Source of the DNA: Oligoflexales bacterium
GTDB taxonomy: Bacteria; Bdellovibrionota_B; Oligoflexia; Oligoflexales; RGVZ01
Reading direction: 5' to 3'
Assembly (NCBI GenBank): GCA_044375465.1
Contig: JBILMN010000003.1
Location: 7,587-71,586, forward strand
DNA length: 64,000 nucleotides
Part shown: positions 36,944 through 45,596 of the stretch, piece by piece
How the letters are laid out: each line of letters starts with the position of its first letter
Numbering within the stretch: the first letter of the stretch is position 1
Program-made: the position numbers and the translations under genes
Notes under the pieces: model-generated
Told to the model about the DNA's origin: nothing
What the model saw: the letters and a program-made list of their open reading frames with translations, nothing else
Databases searched by the model: none

Positions 36944-37576
36944 ATGCTTCGAGTTGATAACCTGTCTTTTTCTTTCAAACATCGACCGCTATTTCAAAAC
37001 TTGTCTTTTGAAGTCGCGCCAGGAACCTTGACGCGTATTGCTGGGTCAAATGGCGCAGGCAAAAGTACCTTGCTTGCGATCATCACTGGCCTGATTTCCG
37101 GCGCCAGTGGGGATGTTTCTTTTGACGGGAATGCTCGAGCGCATGTTGATTTTCGGTTCTGGACCAGCTGGATCGCGCCTGACGGCAATGGATTCACCGC
37201 CAGTCTAAGTGCAATCAAAAATCTTGAATTTTGGCTCCAATTGCGAGGACTTCAAAGGCCTCATGAACATCTCAAAGACAGCTTGAACCAGTGGGGCCTC
37301 ACAGGCGATTGGGTCCAATCAGAGCTTCCAGTGGGAAAATTTTCAACGGGCATGAAGCGTCGCCTTGCGATCGTGCGGCTGCAGCTTGAGGGATCAAAGC
37401 TATGGCTGCTTGATGAGCCACTTTTTGGACTCGATGACGCGGCCTGCCGGCAGTTCAGGGGTCTTCTCCATCAACACATTAAATCCGGTGGTTCCGCAAT
37501 CGTGATCACTCATGATGATCGTCTTTTAGATCAGATCCCCCATAAGACCATCACGCTGGGGGGCCTCGTTTCGTGA
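36944..37576 (+). CDS. ccmA: Haem exporter ATP-binding protein CcmA
   Basis: Walker A GSNGAGKST, signature FSTGMKRR, Walker B LWLLDEP. Followed by ccmBCDE. Confidence 0.85.
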   Translation: MLRVDNLSFSFKHRPLFQNLSFEVAPGTLTRIAGSNGAGKSTLLAIITGLISGASGDVSFDGNARAHVDFRFWTSWIAPDGNGFTASLSAIKNLEFWLQLRGLQRPHEHLKDSLNQWGLTGDWVQSELPVGKFSTGMKRRLAIVRLQLEGSKLWLLDEPLFGLDDAACRQFRGLLHQHIKSGGSAIVITHDDRLLDQIPHKTITLGGLVS

Positions 37577-38277
37577 CCGAGCAACCTGTAAAAAACTCTT
37601 GGAGTCAAAGCGTCACAACACTTCTGGCGCAAAGTTTACGTGTAGATCTGTCCTCAAAGGATCGACTCATTACACCGATTTTTTTCGCAGCGGTCATCTT
37701 GTTATTATTTTCATTTGCCATTCCGGAGCAAGATCCCTCCATGAGATCGAGGGTTATGGTCGCGGAATCCCAACTCGCGATTTTTTTTGCTCTGCAGATC
37801 GCTTTTTCAAGAGCATTTGAAGCAGAGAGATCTGACCGGGTTTTTGATCATCTGCGCCTCAGCCCCATTGCATCCTCGGCCTTCATCACAGCAAAAATGC
37901 TGCATGTTTTGATCATGGGGGGATTTACTGTCATGTTCACCGGGTTTCTTGCGGTGATTTTACAGGGACAGGACCCTGGCGTTCTTGGCGACCCCGTGGT
38001 ACTCGTAGCCGCCCTCTTGTCGTTACTTGGTCTTGCTGGACTCGGCGTGCTGCTTGCCGCGATCACTCTGCGGGCCGAGGCCCAACAAATTTTGTTTCCG
38101 CTGCTTTATTTCCCGCTGAGTGTCCCAGTGCTTATTTGTTCAACAGAAGCCCTCACCCAGTGGCTTGAAACCCATCAGTGGAATGACACACTGCGCGGTT
38201 GGGCGGTCATGTTGATGGCCTTCGATGCGATATACTTGACCATGGCCCTGCTGCTTGGCGCTGAGGCTGAGGCCTGA
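37573..38277 (+). CDS. ccmB: Haem exporter membrane protein CcmB
   Basis: GTGA overlap with ccmA. Six predicted TM segments. Position and size match CcmB. Confidence 0.8.
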   Translation: MTEQPVKNSWSQSVTTLLAQSLRVDLSSKDRLITPIFFAAVILLLFSFAIPEQDPSMRSRVMVAESQLAIFFALQIAFSRAFEAERSDRVFDHLRLSPIASSAFITAKMLHVLIMGGFTVMFTGFLAVILQGQDPGVLGDPVVLVAALLSLLGLAGLGVLLAAITLRAEAQQILFPLLYFPLSVPVLICSTEALTQWLETHQWNDTLRGWAVMLMAFDAIYLTMALLLGAEAEA

Positions 38278-38342
38278 TATTTTCGAGGTCGCCTCAGGCC
38301 TAGGTCTTGGGTATAGTCTTCGATACGTGGAAAGGAATCCAT

Positions 38343-39023
38343 ATGAGCCAAGGTAAACCTCAAATTGTTTTATTCGCCAGCCTCTTGGCACTTTTAGTTC
38401 AGTGGTACTACGGTCTTTTTTTGGTACCAGCAGATGGGGCCCAGGGAGAGGTCTACCGCATCATATACTTGCACGTGCCGTCGGCATTTGCGGCATTTTT
38501 ATGTGCTGGAGTTCTGCTTGTGGGGAGTTTGATGGCCCTGCGATCAAGATCAGATCAATGGTTGCATGTTTCACGAGCTTCCACGGAAGTGGGGCTGATT
38601 TTTACCATGCTGACATTGGCAACGGGGAGTATCTGGGGCAAGCCAACGTGGGGTACATGGTGGACTTGGGACGCAAGACTCACCACGACATTTCTTTTGG
38701 GTCTCATGTATGGGGGATGGCTTCTCCTATACACGTCCATGCATGCAGGGCCATCACGCACCCGCGGATGCTCGATCCTTGGATTAATGATTGCAGCAGA
38801 TGTACCCATCATTTACAAAAGTGTCACCTGGTGGCGAACCCTCCATCAGCCCCAGACCATTCTCAGGTCCGGTGGATCAACAATGGATCCCGAGATGCTG
38901 CGAGTGCTTGTTGGCGGTGTTGTTTTGATGTCCGTTGTGGCGATCGCAATGATCTTGACGCGACGGGGTACTTTAGTTTTGGCTGAAGAACTCGAGGAAA
39001 AATCACTGGGAGGTCTGACATGA
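38343..39023 (+). CDS. ccmC: Haem exporter protein CcmC
   Basis: Start refined to ATG 38343. Trp-rich WWD motif WGKPTWGTWWTWDARLTTTF. Confidence 0.9.
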   Translation: MSQGKPQIVLFASLLALLVQWYYGLFLVPADGAQGEVYRIIYLHVPSAFAAFLCAGVLLVGSLMALRSRSDQWLHVSRASTEVGLIFTMLTLATGSIWGKPTWGTWWTWDARLTTTFLLGLMYGGWLLLYTSMHAGPSRTRGCSILGLMIAADVPIIYKSVTWWRTLHQPQTILRSGGSTMDPEMLRVLVGGVVLMSVVAIAMILTRRGTLVLAEELEEKSLGGLT

Positions 39024-39178
39024 ACATGTACGGCGAGGGCACTGACCCTGGTCCCTATATTTTTGCGGCCTACCTTTTGGGGTTTCTCCTCATTTTTGGT
39101 TACACGATGTGGCTGATGCGCGATCGCAAGCGCGTGGCAACGTACCTTGAAACGCTGAAGAAGGACCGTCCGTCATGA
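39020..39178 (+). CDS. ccmD: Haem exporter protein CcmD (52 aa, below the ORF-track cutoff)
   Basis: The ATG overlaps the ccmC stop (ATGA), and the stop overlaps the ccmE start (ATGA). Product MNMYGEGTDPGPYIFAAYLLGFLLIFGYTMWLMRDRKRVATYLETLKKDRPS has a single TM followed by a basic tail. Confidence 0.6.
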   Translation: MNMYGEGTDPGPYIFAAYLLGFLLIFGYTMWLMRDRKRVATYLETLKKDRPS

Positions 39179-39669
39179 ACCTTGGCAAAAAGAGATCAAA
39201 ATCCGCTAAGTGGTTGATTGGCATTGGCATCATAACGGCAGCCGTTGTCGCGATCGCCATGACGCAATTAAGCTCCAATGTCGTTTATTTCTACACGCCT
39301 GATGAAGCGCAGGCAAAATCCTTGGAGATCGGTCAGCAAACCATCAAGGTTGGTGGCATGGTGGTCCCTGGATCTGTCGACTGGAAGGCCGAACAACTTG
39401 ATCTCGCCTTTACGATCTCAGATCTAAAAGGACATGAAATCCGCGTCAGACACAAAGGCACACCTCCCGACATGTTTAAAGAAGGACAAGGAGTCGTCGT
39501 CGAGGGCACTTTAGCCTCTGCCGGTAAAGATATGACCTCGAGAAAGCTTATGGTGAAGCACAGTGAAGAGTACAAAAAACCAGGGGACCATGCCGGTTCC
39601 ATGAATAAGGAACTCCTGCAAAAAAGTCTCTTTGGCAATCAAGGTCAACCAAGCCAGGATAGCAAATGA
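39175..39669 (+). CDS. ccmE: Cytochrome c maturation haem chaperone CcmE
   Basis: N-terminal anchor, VYFYTPDEA, IKVGGMVVPGSV, and haem-binding His context MVKHSEEYKKP. Confidence 0.85.
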   Translation: MNLGKKRSKSAKWLIGIGIITAAVVAIAMTQLSSNVVYFYTPDEAQAKSLEIGQQTIKVGGMVVPGSVDWKAEQLDLAFTISDLKGHEIRVRHKGTPPDMFKEGQGVVVEGTLASAGKDMTSRKLMVKHSEEYKKPGDHAGSMNKELLQKSLFGNQGQPSQDSK

Positions 39670-40232
39670 AGTCATTGCGAACCAAACCTCTGAGCCACCG
39701 CTTCGCAACCATAGGTCTCGCAGCAGCGGTCATGATCATTTTGTTGGTTCTCCTAAAGGGACTTTTCTTAAATCCTACAGTGGTCAAGTCCAGTCAAATT
39801 GGCAAGCCAGCCAATGATTTTGAAGTTGAGGTTTTGGAGGGGCTGTCTTGGCTACCCAAAGCAACTGGAACGAAAGTTCGTCTCAGCGATCTACGTGGCC
39901 GTACGGTCATATTAAACTTTTGGGCGAGTTGGTGCGTGAGCTGCCGTGAAGAGGCGGCCGAAATGGAGGCGTTTTGGACGCGCCATAAAGACGCCGGTGT
40001 CGTTGTCCTGGGTGTTGCCATCCAAGACACTCCGGAAGCAGCACGAGATTTCGCTAAATCCCACGGCAAAACCTATCCGATCGCCCTGGATACATCGGGC
40101 AAGACAAGCATCGATTACGGCGTCTACGGTGTTCCAGAGACGTTTATGATCGACCCATCTGGGATCATCACCCGCAAGGAAGCCGGACCGGTCACAGCAA
40201 AACTTCTCGAAGATTGGCTAAAGTCCCAATAG
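39666..40232 (+). CDS. ccmG: Thiol:disulfide oxidoreductase CcmG/DsbE (TlpA-like thioredoxin)
   Basis: ATGA overlap with ccmE. Membrane anchor. VILNFWASWCVSCREE (CxxC). GVYGVPETFMIDPSG. Confidence 0.85.
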   Translation: MKSLRTKPLSHRFATIGLAAAVMIILLVLLKGLFLNPTVVKSSQIGKPANDFEVEVLEGLSWLPKATGTKVRLSDLRGRTVILNFWASWCVSCREEAAEMEAFWTRHKDAGVVVLGVAIQDTPEAARDFAKSHGKTYPIALDTSGKTSIDYGVYGVPETFMIDPSGIITRKEAGPVTAKLLEDWLKSQ

Positions 40233-40325
40233 CCAATCCAAATAGCTTATGGACCTTTGTCTGAGGTCGACCCGATGCACGGGCCGTCCTCAACGTCGTA
40301 AATGCTGATATTTCGCGGGACACAG

Positions 40326-42266
40326 TCACGGTTTCCAGAAGCCCTTACGGACAACATAACCGCTGGGTCTACCGTTTTCATAGTACTCAACGCCGGTGAC
40401 GCAACTGTCGCCTTTAAGAGTCACCTTTTTACATTGGCTATATGAGTAGTACGCATCCCATCCCGAGGGTCTCTTCTCAGATGAGTCCCAAAATTTGTGT
40501 CCCTCGAGGACACCGCCTGGACGGGCGCAATTGCCGGATTGGAAGTCTCCTTGTTGGATGACGCCGACGAAATTCTCACTCTTGTAGGGTGTATCGGAAC
40601 CCCAGTCATTTTCATACCAGGTGCGCTGACACCAGCAGCAATCACGGCGTTGATTCTCACCTGTACCAGTCGGTTCGCTGACGCCGTTATTATTTGTCCA
40701 GCCACCGGACCCCAACCTTGAGCCGATACACTGGCCGAGTTTGGTTGTGCCAGCACAATCGGCCCAACTGTTATTGCCTGTAGTGATGGCTTCGATAATT
40801 GCTTTTGTGGACTCTGAAATGGCGCCACAAGCGAGTTTTGAGGCTTCCCCACCGACGGAACATCCAGTTTGTGCAACGGCACTGACAACGTCAGCCGTAA
40901 TTTTGAGCCCACCGGACTTGGCGCCGATGATTTTTGCAAAGTCGACTTTGCCAGAGAATGCATTGCAGGATGATGCAGAGGTCCTAAAACAAGAGGCAAC
41001 CCGGGCCTGGCTTTCTTCGGGCGTTCTTGGGCCGCAATCATTCTGGTAAGTCGAAGGTGGCACCGCTCCGATGCTGTCAGCAAGCGAATTCGCTGCGGCA
41101 GCACACACGGCGAAAGCGACTTCCTTTGCTGCGTCGAGAGCGATGTTGGGCTTATAGTCTGTTAATACTTTTTTGACATAATCGACACCTAATGTCTTTC
41201 CTGCCCAATAAGCGGCAGAGCTCCCGGCGTTATCCTTGATGGCTTTCTTCAGGGCGGCTGTACCGACGCTGCGTATGCAAAAAAAAGCGGTCTTATAAAA
41301 AGCTCCTGTGATGGTATCAATCATCTGCTGATCCAGCTGTTCCCTGGAGGGGTTGGCTGCATTGAGGTAATTAATGACATCGCCTGCTCCTTTGGCCTGT
41401 GCCGAGCAGACGCCTATGAGTACATCTGCGGCACAACCAGCTGGATTCGCCTGTGTTGCAGCCTTGCCGATAATCTTACAGGCCTCTCCAGCGAATTTGT
41501 TAAGGCCGCCTAATGTCGTGGCGCTGATGACCTCACAGTTGTCGTCAAGCCAGTTTGGCTTTTCAGAGCCTAACTCGGCACAGATCTTAGTTCCGGTTGG
41601 TGCCGGATTGTTTGATGGAGTAGGCGTGTATTTGCACGATGGAGCATCAAGCGCTTGAAGTTGATTGCAGTAGCGCGCAACGATCCTTTTGGCGGTGTCC
41701 GCGTCTTTGACTTGGGAATAATGGGGAGGAATTCCTGCATAGGCGCCGACACCCGCGTATTGCCGGCATCCTGCGCCACTACCATCTGAATTGGTCGACA
41801 CTGGAATAGTTGTCGAGCCCGAGCTGTTGGCAGATGAGGATGACGTTGAGGATGACGTTGAGGATGAAATTGATGATGAAGATGATAATGTCGAGGACGA
41901 CGGCTTTGGCTGTCCTCCGCCCTCGATGCTTTGAGGATCTGGTTTTTCTGATGGCTTATTCGATGGATTTACTGGGGGCGCTTGGAGTTTCACGAGGGCG
42001 CCCTGATAGCCACCGATGAGGTCGACGAGAATGCGGCGCTCACTCATTTTTTTGTCAGCAAATATAGTCTCGGGGGCTTGATCAGTATTTGACTGACTCT
42101 TTGCCTTAGCAAAATTGTTGATATCAAGGCAAATATTTGCCGAGTTCTCGAATTCTTTACTGGTAGATTTTTGGCCCTTCGGAGCGCATGAATCAATGGC
42201 TGCGATCGAGGCTATCGACGCTGCAATAATGATCCCTGGAATGCATGATTTGGACTTAAGTTTCAT
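40326..42266 (-). CDS. Orphan Cys-rich lipoprotein with poly-Ser linker
   Basis: AAGGAG SD. Lipobox IAAIDSC. Ser tract SSSTLSSSSSISSSTSSSTSSSSANSS. More than 30 Cys across an Ala/Gly-rich body and a C-terminal W/Y/C-rich module (CCWCQRTWYENDWG...). No family recognised. Confidence 0.6.
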   Translation of the reverse strand: MKLKSKSCIPGIIIAASIASIAAIDSCAPKGQKSTSKEFENSANICLDINNFAKAKSQSNTDQAPETIFADKKMSERRILVDLIGGYQGALVKLQAPPVNPSNKPSEKPDPQSIEGGGQPKPSSSTLSSSSSISSSTSSSTSSSSANSSGSTTIPVSTNSDGSGAGCRQYAGVGAYAGIPPHYSQVKDADTAKRIVARYCNQLQALDAPSCKYTPTPSNNPAPTGTKICAELGSEKPNWLDDNCEVISATTLGGLNKFAGEACKIIGKAATQANPAGCAADVLIGVCSAQAKGAGDVINYLNAANPSREQLDQQMIDTITGAFYKTAFFCIRSVGTAALKKAIKDNAGSSAAYWAGKTLGVDYVKKVLTDYKPNIALDAAKEVAFAVCAAAANSLADSIGAVPPSTYQNDCGPRTPEESQARVASCFRTSASSCNAFSGKVDFAKIIGAKSGGLKITADVVSAVAQTGCSVGGEASKLACGAISESTKAIIEAITTGNNSWADCAGTTKLGQCIGSRLGSGGWTNNNGVSEPTGTGENQRRDCCWCQRTWYENDWGSDTPYKSENFVGVIQQGDFQSGNCARPGGVLEGHKFWDSSEKRPSGWDAYYSYSQCKKVTLKGDSCVTGVEYYENGRPSGYVVRKGFWKP

Positions 42267-42623
42267 CATATCTCCTTCCCTTGAGACTCAAGATGTGCCT
42301 TAAATATGATACCATCGATAGCCGGTCTGCACAAAAATTCACGCTGCGATACTGTAATGAACAATCAGCCCGTGAACCGATCGCTCCCGCTAAATCCTTG
42401 CTTTGTGCCTCGCTTCAATATCTGTCTCACCCTGTTTGACACAGAGGGTGTAGACTTTCCACATCGGCGAATTCCTTGGATGACACGCGCAGCTGGAGAT
42501 TTGAAAGGCTCGTCAAAGGACATCTGACGACGGACTCCGCTCGGCGCAGAGTCAAAGTCAAGTTTCTGATCTGACATGATTGTTTCTAGTTCAGACTGTC
42601 TCATGTCATTATTTTAGATCTAT

Positions 42624-42653
42624 AACTGGTAAATATTAAGTTATTTACCAGTT
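42624..42653. repeat. Perfect 12-bp inverted repeat AACTGGTAAATA-N6-TATTTACCAGTT (operator-like)
   Basis: Read directly from the sequence. No flanking T-tract on either strand, so it is not a canonical terminator. Confidence 0.9.
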
Positions 42654-42863
42654 AGTAACCTGTATGAACGTCGCAGCTATTCTCCGATCGAAGAGGTTCA
42701 GTGGGACGGCAAAGCCTATCGTTCATACATTATGGAAAAGCGCCTGAATTCAACCGTTTCGACGCATTGAGATTCAAGCGAGCAAGATGATACGCAGATT
42801 GATTTCTAGTGATGAGAATGCGTTGAGAATTGCAGTTGAGGACAGGATCAACCCATCTTGCGA

Positions 42864-43025
42864 TCAGCTGCTGGTCTCAAGCCAGCCGGTCTGGTCGAGA
42901 ATAAATCCAAGTGTGTAACCAGCGATCACCAGTGGAGCGATCAAAGCGATAAACACAAATATGGGCAGAAATTCCACAAAGTCTTCCATATCTGTAATTT
43001 TAAAATCTTCTTTACTGAAAAGCAT
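42864..43025 (-). CDS. Candidate 53-aa single-TM protein
   Basis: Internal ATG 43025 of the 115-aa track ORF, with GGGAG 8 nt upstream. Product MLFSKEDFKITDMEDFVEFLPIFVFIALIAPLVIAGYTLGFILDQTGWLETSS. Lies downstream of the TSP3 lipoprotein gene. Confidence 0.3.
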   Translation of the reverse strand: MLFSKEDFKITDMEDFVEFLPIFVFIALIAPLVIAGYTLGFILDQTGWLETSS

Positions 43026-43134
43026 AGACGGACTCCCTAAAGACCCGGTGTTATTGATGAGTCGAAATCGTAGCACAAAGGCCATCAATCGAGCAACGAT
43101 CCGCTGCTCCTGTACTTTATGGGGGCATAAAAGC

Positions 43135-44523
43135 CTAATTGTTGATCGTTCCGTCGGCGGAACGAACGGCGATCGCCGGCATACCAGGAACCTTGTCCAG
43201 AGTCTGAGCAACAGCCACGTAGGTGTAAGTAGACCCAGATTGCATCACATTGGCAGGAATGGTCAGGGTGCGCGTTGAGCCAGCAATCGCAGATGATTCA
43301 TAGACTTTTAAACCCGCTGCGTTGGTTAAGGAGACACTCCAGGTGAAGCCTTGCAAATCTGCGCCAAAAGGATTGCCACTGAGCGTTACCACACGGGAGC
43401 TGGTGTCATAGGAGGTTGAGATCGAACTGAGGCTGACGTTTGGGAAGATCCAGGGGAACTCCGCGGTGAATGCAGAGTCACCGGTGCCTATGGTCACCTG
43501 GCCAAATAATAACTGGTTCACCCTTGGCGCCTTGCCTGAGCCGAGTTGCACCTTACGTCCATACAAATTGTCTTTTGCGGCTCCATCAAAGTTGGCACCA
43601 TCGTCAAGTAGGGTCAGGTCCCATGCGCTCGTGCTGCCATCGGAGGCGATGGCGGTGCCGCCATCCAGGAGGCTACCTGCCCCACGAATTTTTACCGCAG
43701 AGGGCGTGTAACCATCGCGCACTTTCAATACGTATTGCAGTGTCTTACTCGAGGCACTCTGCTCATACTTCACCTCAAAATATTCAATGCCACGGGTGAA
43801 ATAGGGTTCCCCGAGGTTTTCCTGGGAGTCCGGCACACCGTTGCCATTGGCATCGCCGTCCATGACGTCAAAAATACCATCACCGTCGTCATCCGTGTCC
43901 ACACCGTTGACCAGTCCATCACCGTCAATGTCGTTGTCGGAATCATTGACCGTACCGTCTTTATCCGTATCAACAGCGCTAAGGTTCCATGATCCGAGAT
44001 TCAAACCGAGCGATCCGACCCCATCTGGCAAGCCATCACCATCGGTGTCACTCGCATAAATATCTTGAATGGTCACGCCGTTGGTATTTTGGAATGTTAA
44101 TCCAGAGCCTTTTTGCACTAACTGGGGAAGGATTGTCGACGTGATCGTAAAATACTGTTTCACGGTCTTAACCTTAGTCGCGGGAATCGCCATCACGGAT
44201 TGCAAAAGATAATCAGGCGACATGAGGACAGCCGTCTGCGTGGCGTCAAAACTAACCTTATTCCAACGCAGAATTCCGTTAGCGTCAGCATCAGCGACTC
44301 TCGCCACGCCACCATCTCGCTCGATCAGCGCCACAGCCCAACTTTTCATTTGAGCGGGAGTCCCCGACTGACTTGTGACAGTGCCCATCACATCTTGCAA
44401 GTTCCCAAAGAAACTTGCCCCATCACCGCCGCCTCCTTCGTCGCTGCTACTACGGCGTCCGCAACCCGGAGCCACGAGCACGAGTGCTGAAATCACGAGA
44501 CCATGGAGAATGCTGATGTTCAT
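43135..44523 (-). CDS. Lipoprotein with thrombospondin type-3-like Ca-binding repeats
   Basis: Start refined to ATG 44523. Lipobox LVAPGC. DTDGDGLPDG ... DTDKDGTVNDSDNDIDGDGLVNGVDTDDDGDGIFDVMDGDANGNGVPD. Beta-rich C-terminal part. Confidence 0.7.
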   Translation of the reverse strand: MNISILHGLVISALVLVAPGCGRRSSSDEGGGGDGASFFGNLQDVMGTVTSQSGTPAQMKSWAVALIERDGGVARVADADANGILRWNKVSFDATQTAVLMSPDYLLQSVMAIPATKVKTVKQYFTITSTILPQLVQKGSGLTFQNTNGVTIQDIYASDTDGDGLPDGVGSLGLNLGSWNLSAVDTDKDGTVNDSDNDIDGDGLVNGVDTDDDGDGIFDVMDGDANGNGVPDSQENLGEPYFTRGIEYFEVKYEQSASSKTLQYVLKVRDGYTPSAVKIRGAGSLLDGGTAIASDGSTSAWDLTLLDDGANFDGAAKDNLYGRKVQLGSGKAPRVNQLLFGQVTIGTGDSAFTAEFPWIFPNVSLSSISTSYDTSSRVVTLSGNPFGADLQGFTWSVSLTNAAGLKVYESSAIAGSTRTLTIPANVMQSGSTYTYVAVAQTLDKVPGMPAIAVRSADGTINN

Positions 44524-44687
44524 GAGACTCCCAGACCGTGGCCCATCCCGGCCCACGACGTACCTCGAGGGGATCGGATCGATCAGAAAAAACATGAGAT
44601 CATTTTTGCCAACCCCCCTAAATCGTTCTTGAAACCAGCCAGTTTCGTGATAATATCGTGAGCGATTTCATAGACTTGCAAGGTACC

Positions 44688-45011
44688 ATGGCGGGCAACT
44701 TCACGCACATCAATGAGGCATTTATCTGTGAGGCCTGCGGCACTTACGTGCCACCGGCTTCCTCAGGGTGTCGTAATCACTGCCCCCAATGTCTGTGCAG
44801 CAAGCATGTGGATCACCTGCCCGGAGACCGCCAGAATCCATGCCATGGGCTCTTAAAAGCTACCGGCTATGAGCTCGATCGCAAAAAGGGCATTGTGCTG
44901 CTCTTTCGATGTGACCGCTGTGGCGCCGAAACACGTAATAAGGCCCATCACGAAGACCCCGTATGCCCTGATCATTACGACAAAATTCTATCTTTAAGTC
45001 GAAAATTTTGA
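44688..45011 (+). CDS. RNHCP-domain zinc-ribbon protein
   Basis: CEACG ... GCRNHCPQCLCSKHVD ... FRCDRCG. Start is ATG 44688, or alternatively GTG 44658. Confidence 0.75.
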   Translation: MAGNFTHINEAFICEACGTYVPPASSGCRNHCPQCLCSKHVDHLPGDRQNPCHGLLKATGYELDRKKGIVLLFRCDRCGAETRNKAHHEDPVCPDHYDKILSLSRKF

Positions 45012-45051
45012 CGTTTAACTTCAATGAAATGGATTTTATTAAAGTTAATCG

Positions 45052-45080
45052 TTGACATTAAAAACGAGCACCCTTACATT
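45052..45080 (+). promoter_or_regulatory. Candidate sigma70 promoter of rnpB (TTGACA-17-TACATT)
   Basis: TTGACA at 45052-45057, 17-nt spacer, TACATT at 45075-45080. The predicted start near 45087 coincides with the 5' end of the extended terminal helix. Confidence 0.45.
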
Positions 45081-45087
45081 CCGCGAG

Positions 45088-45538
45088 CCAGAAGGTGTTG
45101 ATCATTTTGACAGTATGGTGGGCTGCCGCGGCTTGATTGATCCCCGGATGATAAATCCCGGGACGGATTGAATCGAGGAAAGTCCGGACTCCAAAGAGCA
45201 GGATGCTGGCTAACGGCCAGGCGGGGCGACCCGACGGAAAGTGCAACAGAGAGTAAACCGCCAAACCGACGTGAGCGATCACGGCGGCGGTAAGGGTGAA
45301 ACGGTGAGGTAAGAGCTCACCAGCGGCCTGGTGACAGGTCGGCTCGGCAAACCCCATCCGGAGCAAGACCAAACAGAGGAAGGTTTTGACGCAAGTCAAA
45401 CAAACGTCGGCTCGACGTCTCCCGGGTAGGTCGCTTGAGGTAACTGGTAACAGTTATCCCAGATGAATGGCAGTCTCAGATCTTAAGATTGAGGACAGAA
45501 TCCGGCTTACAGCCAACTGCCGAAGCAACACCTTCTGG
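45088..45538 (+). ncRNA. rnpB: RNase P RNA, bacterial type A
   Basis: Conserved blocks: CGAGGAAAGTCCGGACTCC, GGAAAGTGCAACAGAGAGTAAACCGCC, GGTAAGGGTGAAACGGTGAGGTAAGAGCTCACCAG, CCCATCCGGAGCAAGACCAAA, CCCGGGTAGGTCGCTTGAGG, AGATGAATGGC, ACAGAATCCGGCTTAC. Terminal helix: CCAGAAGGTGTTG (45088-45100) pairs perfectly with CAACACCTTCTGG (45526-45538). Core P1 is about 45111/45519. Confidence 0.9.
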
Positions 45539-45596
45539 TATTTGTCAAAACATTGAATGTTTGAAAACGGTTTTGCTGTCGATTTGGAGGAGCGTT

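Noticed and set aside
38402-38986. 194-aa alternative-frame ORF within ccmC
   Set aside because: The ccmC frame carries the diagnostic WGxxWxWD motif, and the alternative frame carries no motif at all.
40421-41104. 227-aa alternative-frame ORF within the Cys-rich lipoprotein gene
   Set aside because: It is on the same strand but in a different frame from a longer ORF that has an SD, a lipobox and coherent composition. Its own composition is Pro/Arg/Ser-rich and not protein-like.
42306-42604. Two overlapping small ORFs (73 aa on plus, 79 aa on minus) next to the 12-bp inverted repeat
   Set aside because: Neither has an SD-like sequence or a recognisable motif, so I cannot decide whether either is real. 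They are mentioned only as context for the dyad.
45058-45399. 113-aa ORF on the minus strand
   Set aside because: It lies entirely antisense within the RNase P RNA gene. Its 'protein' is a by-product of the structured GC-rich RNA sequence.
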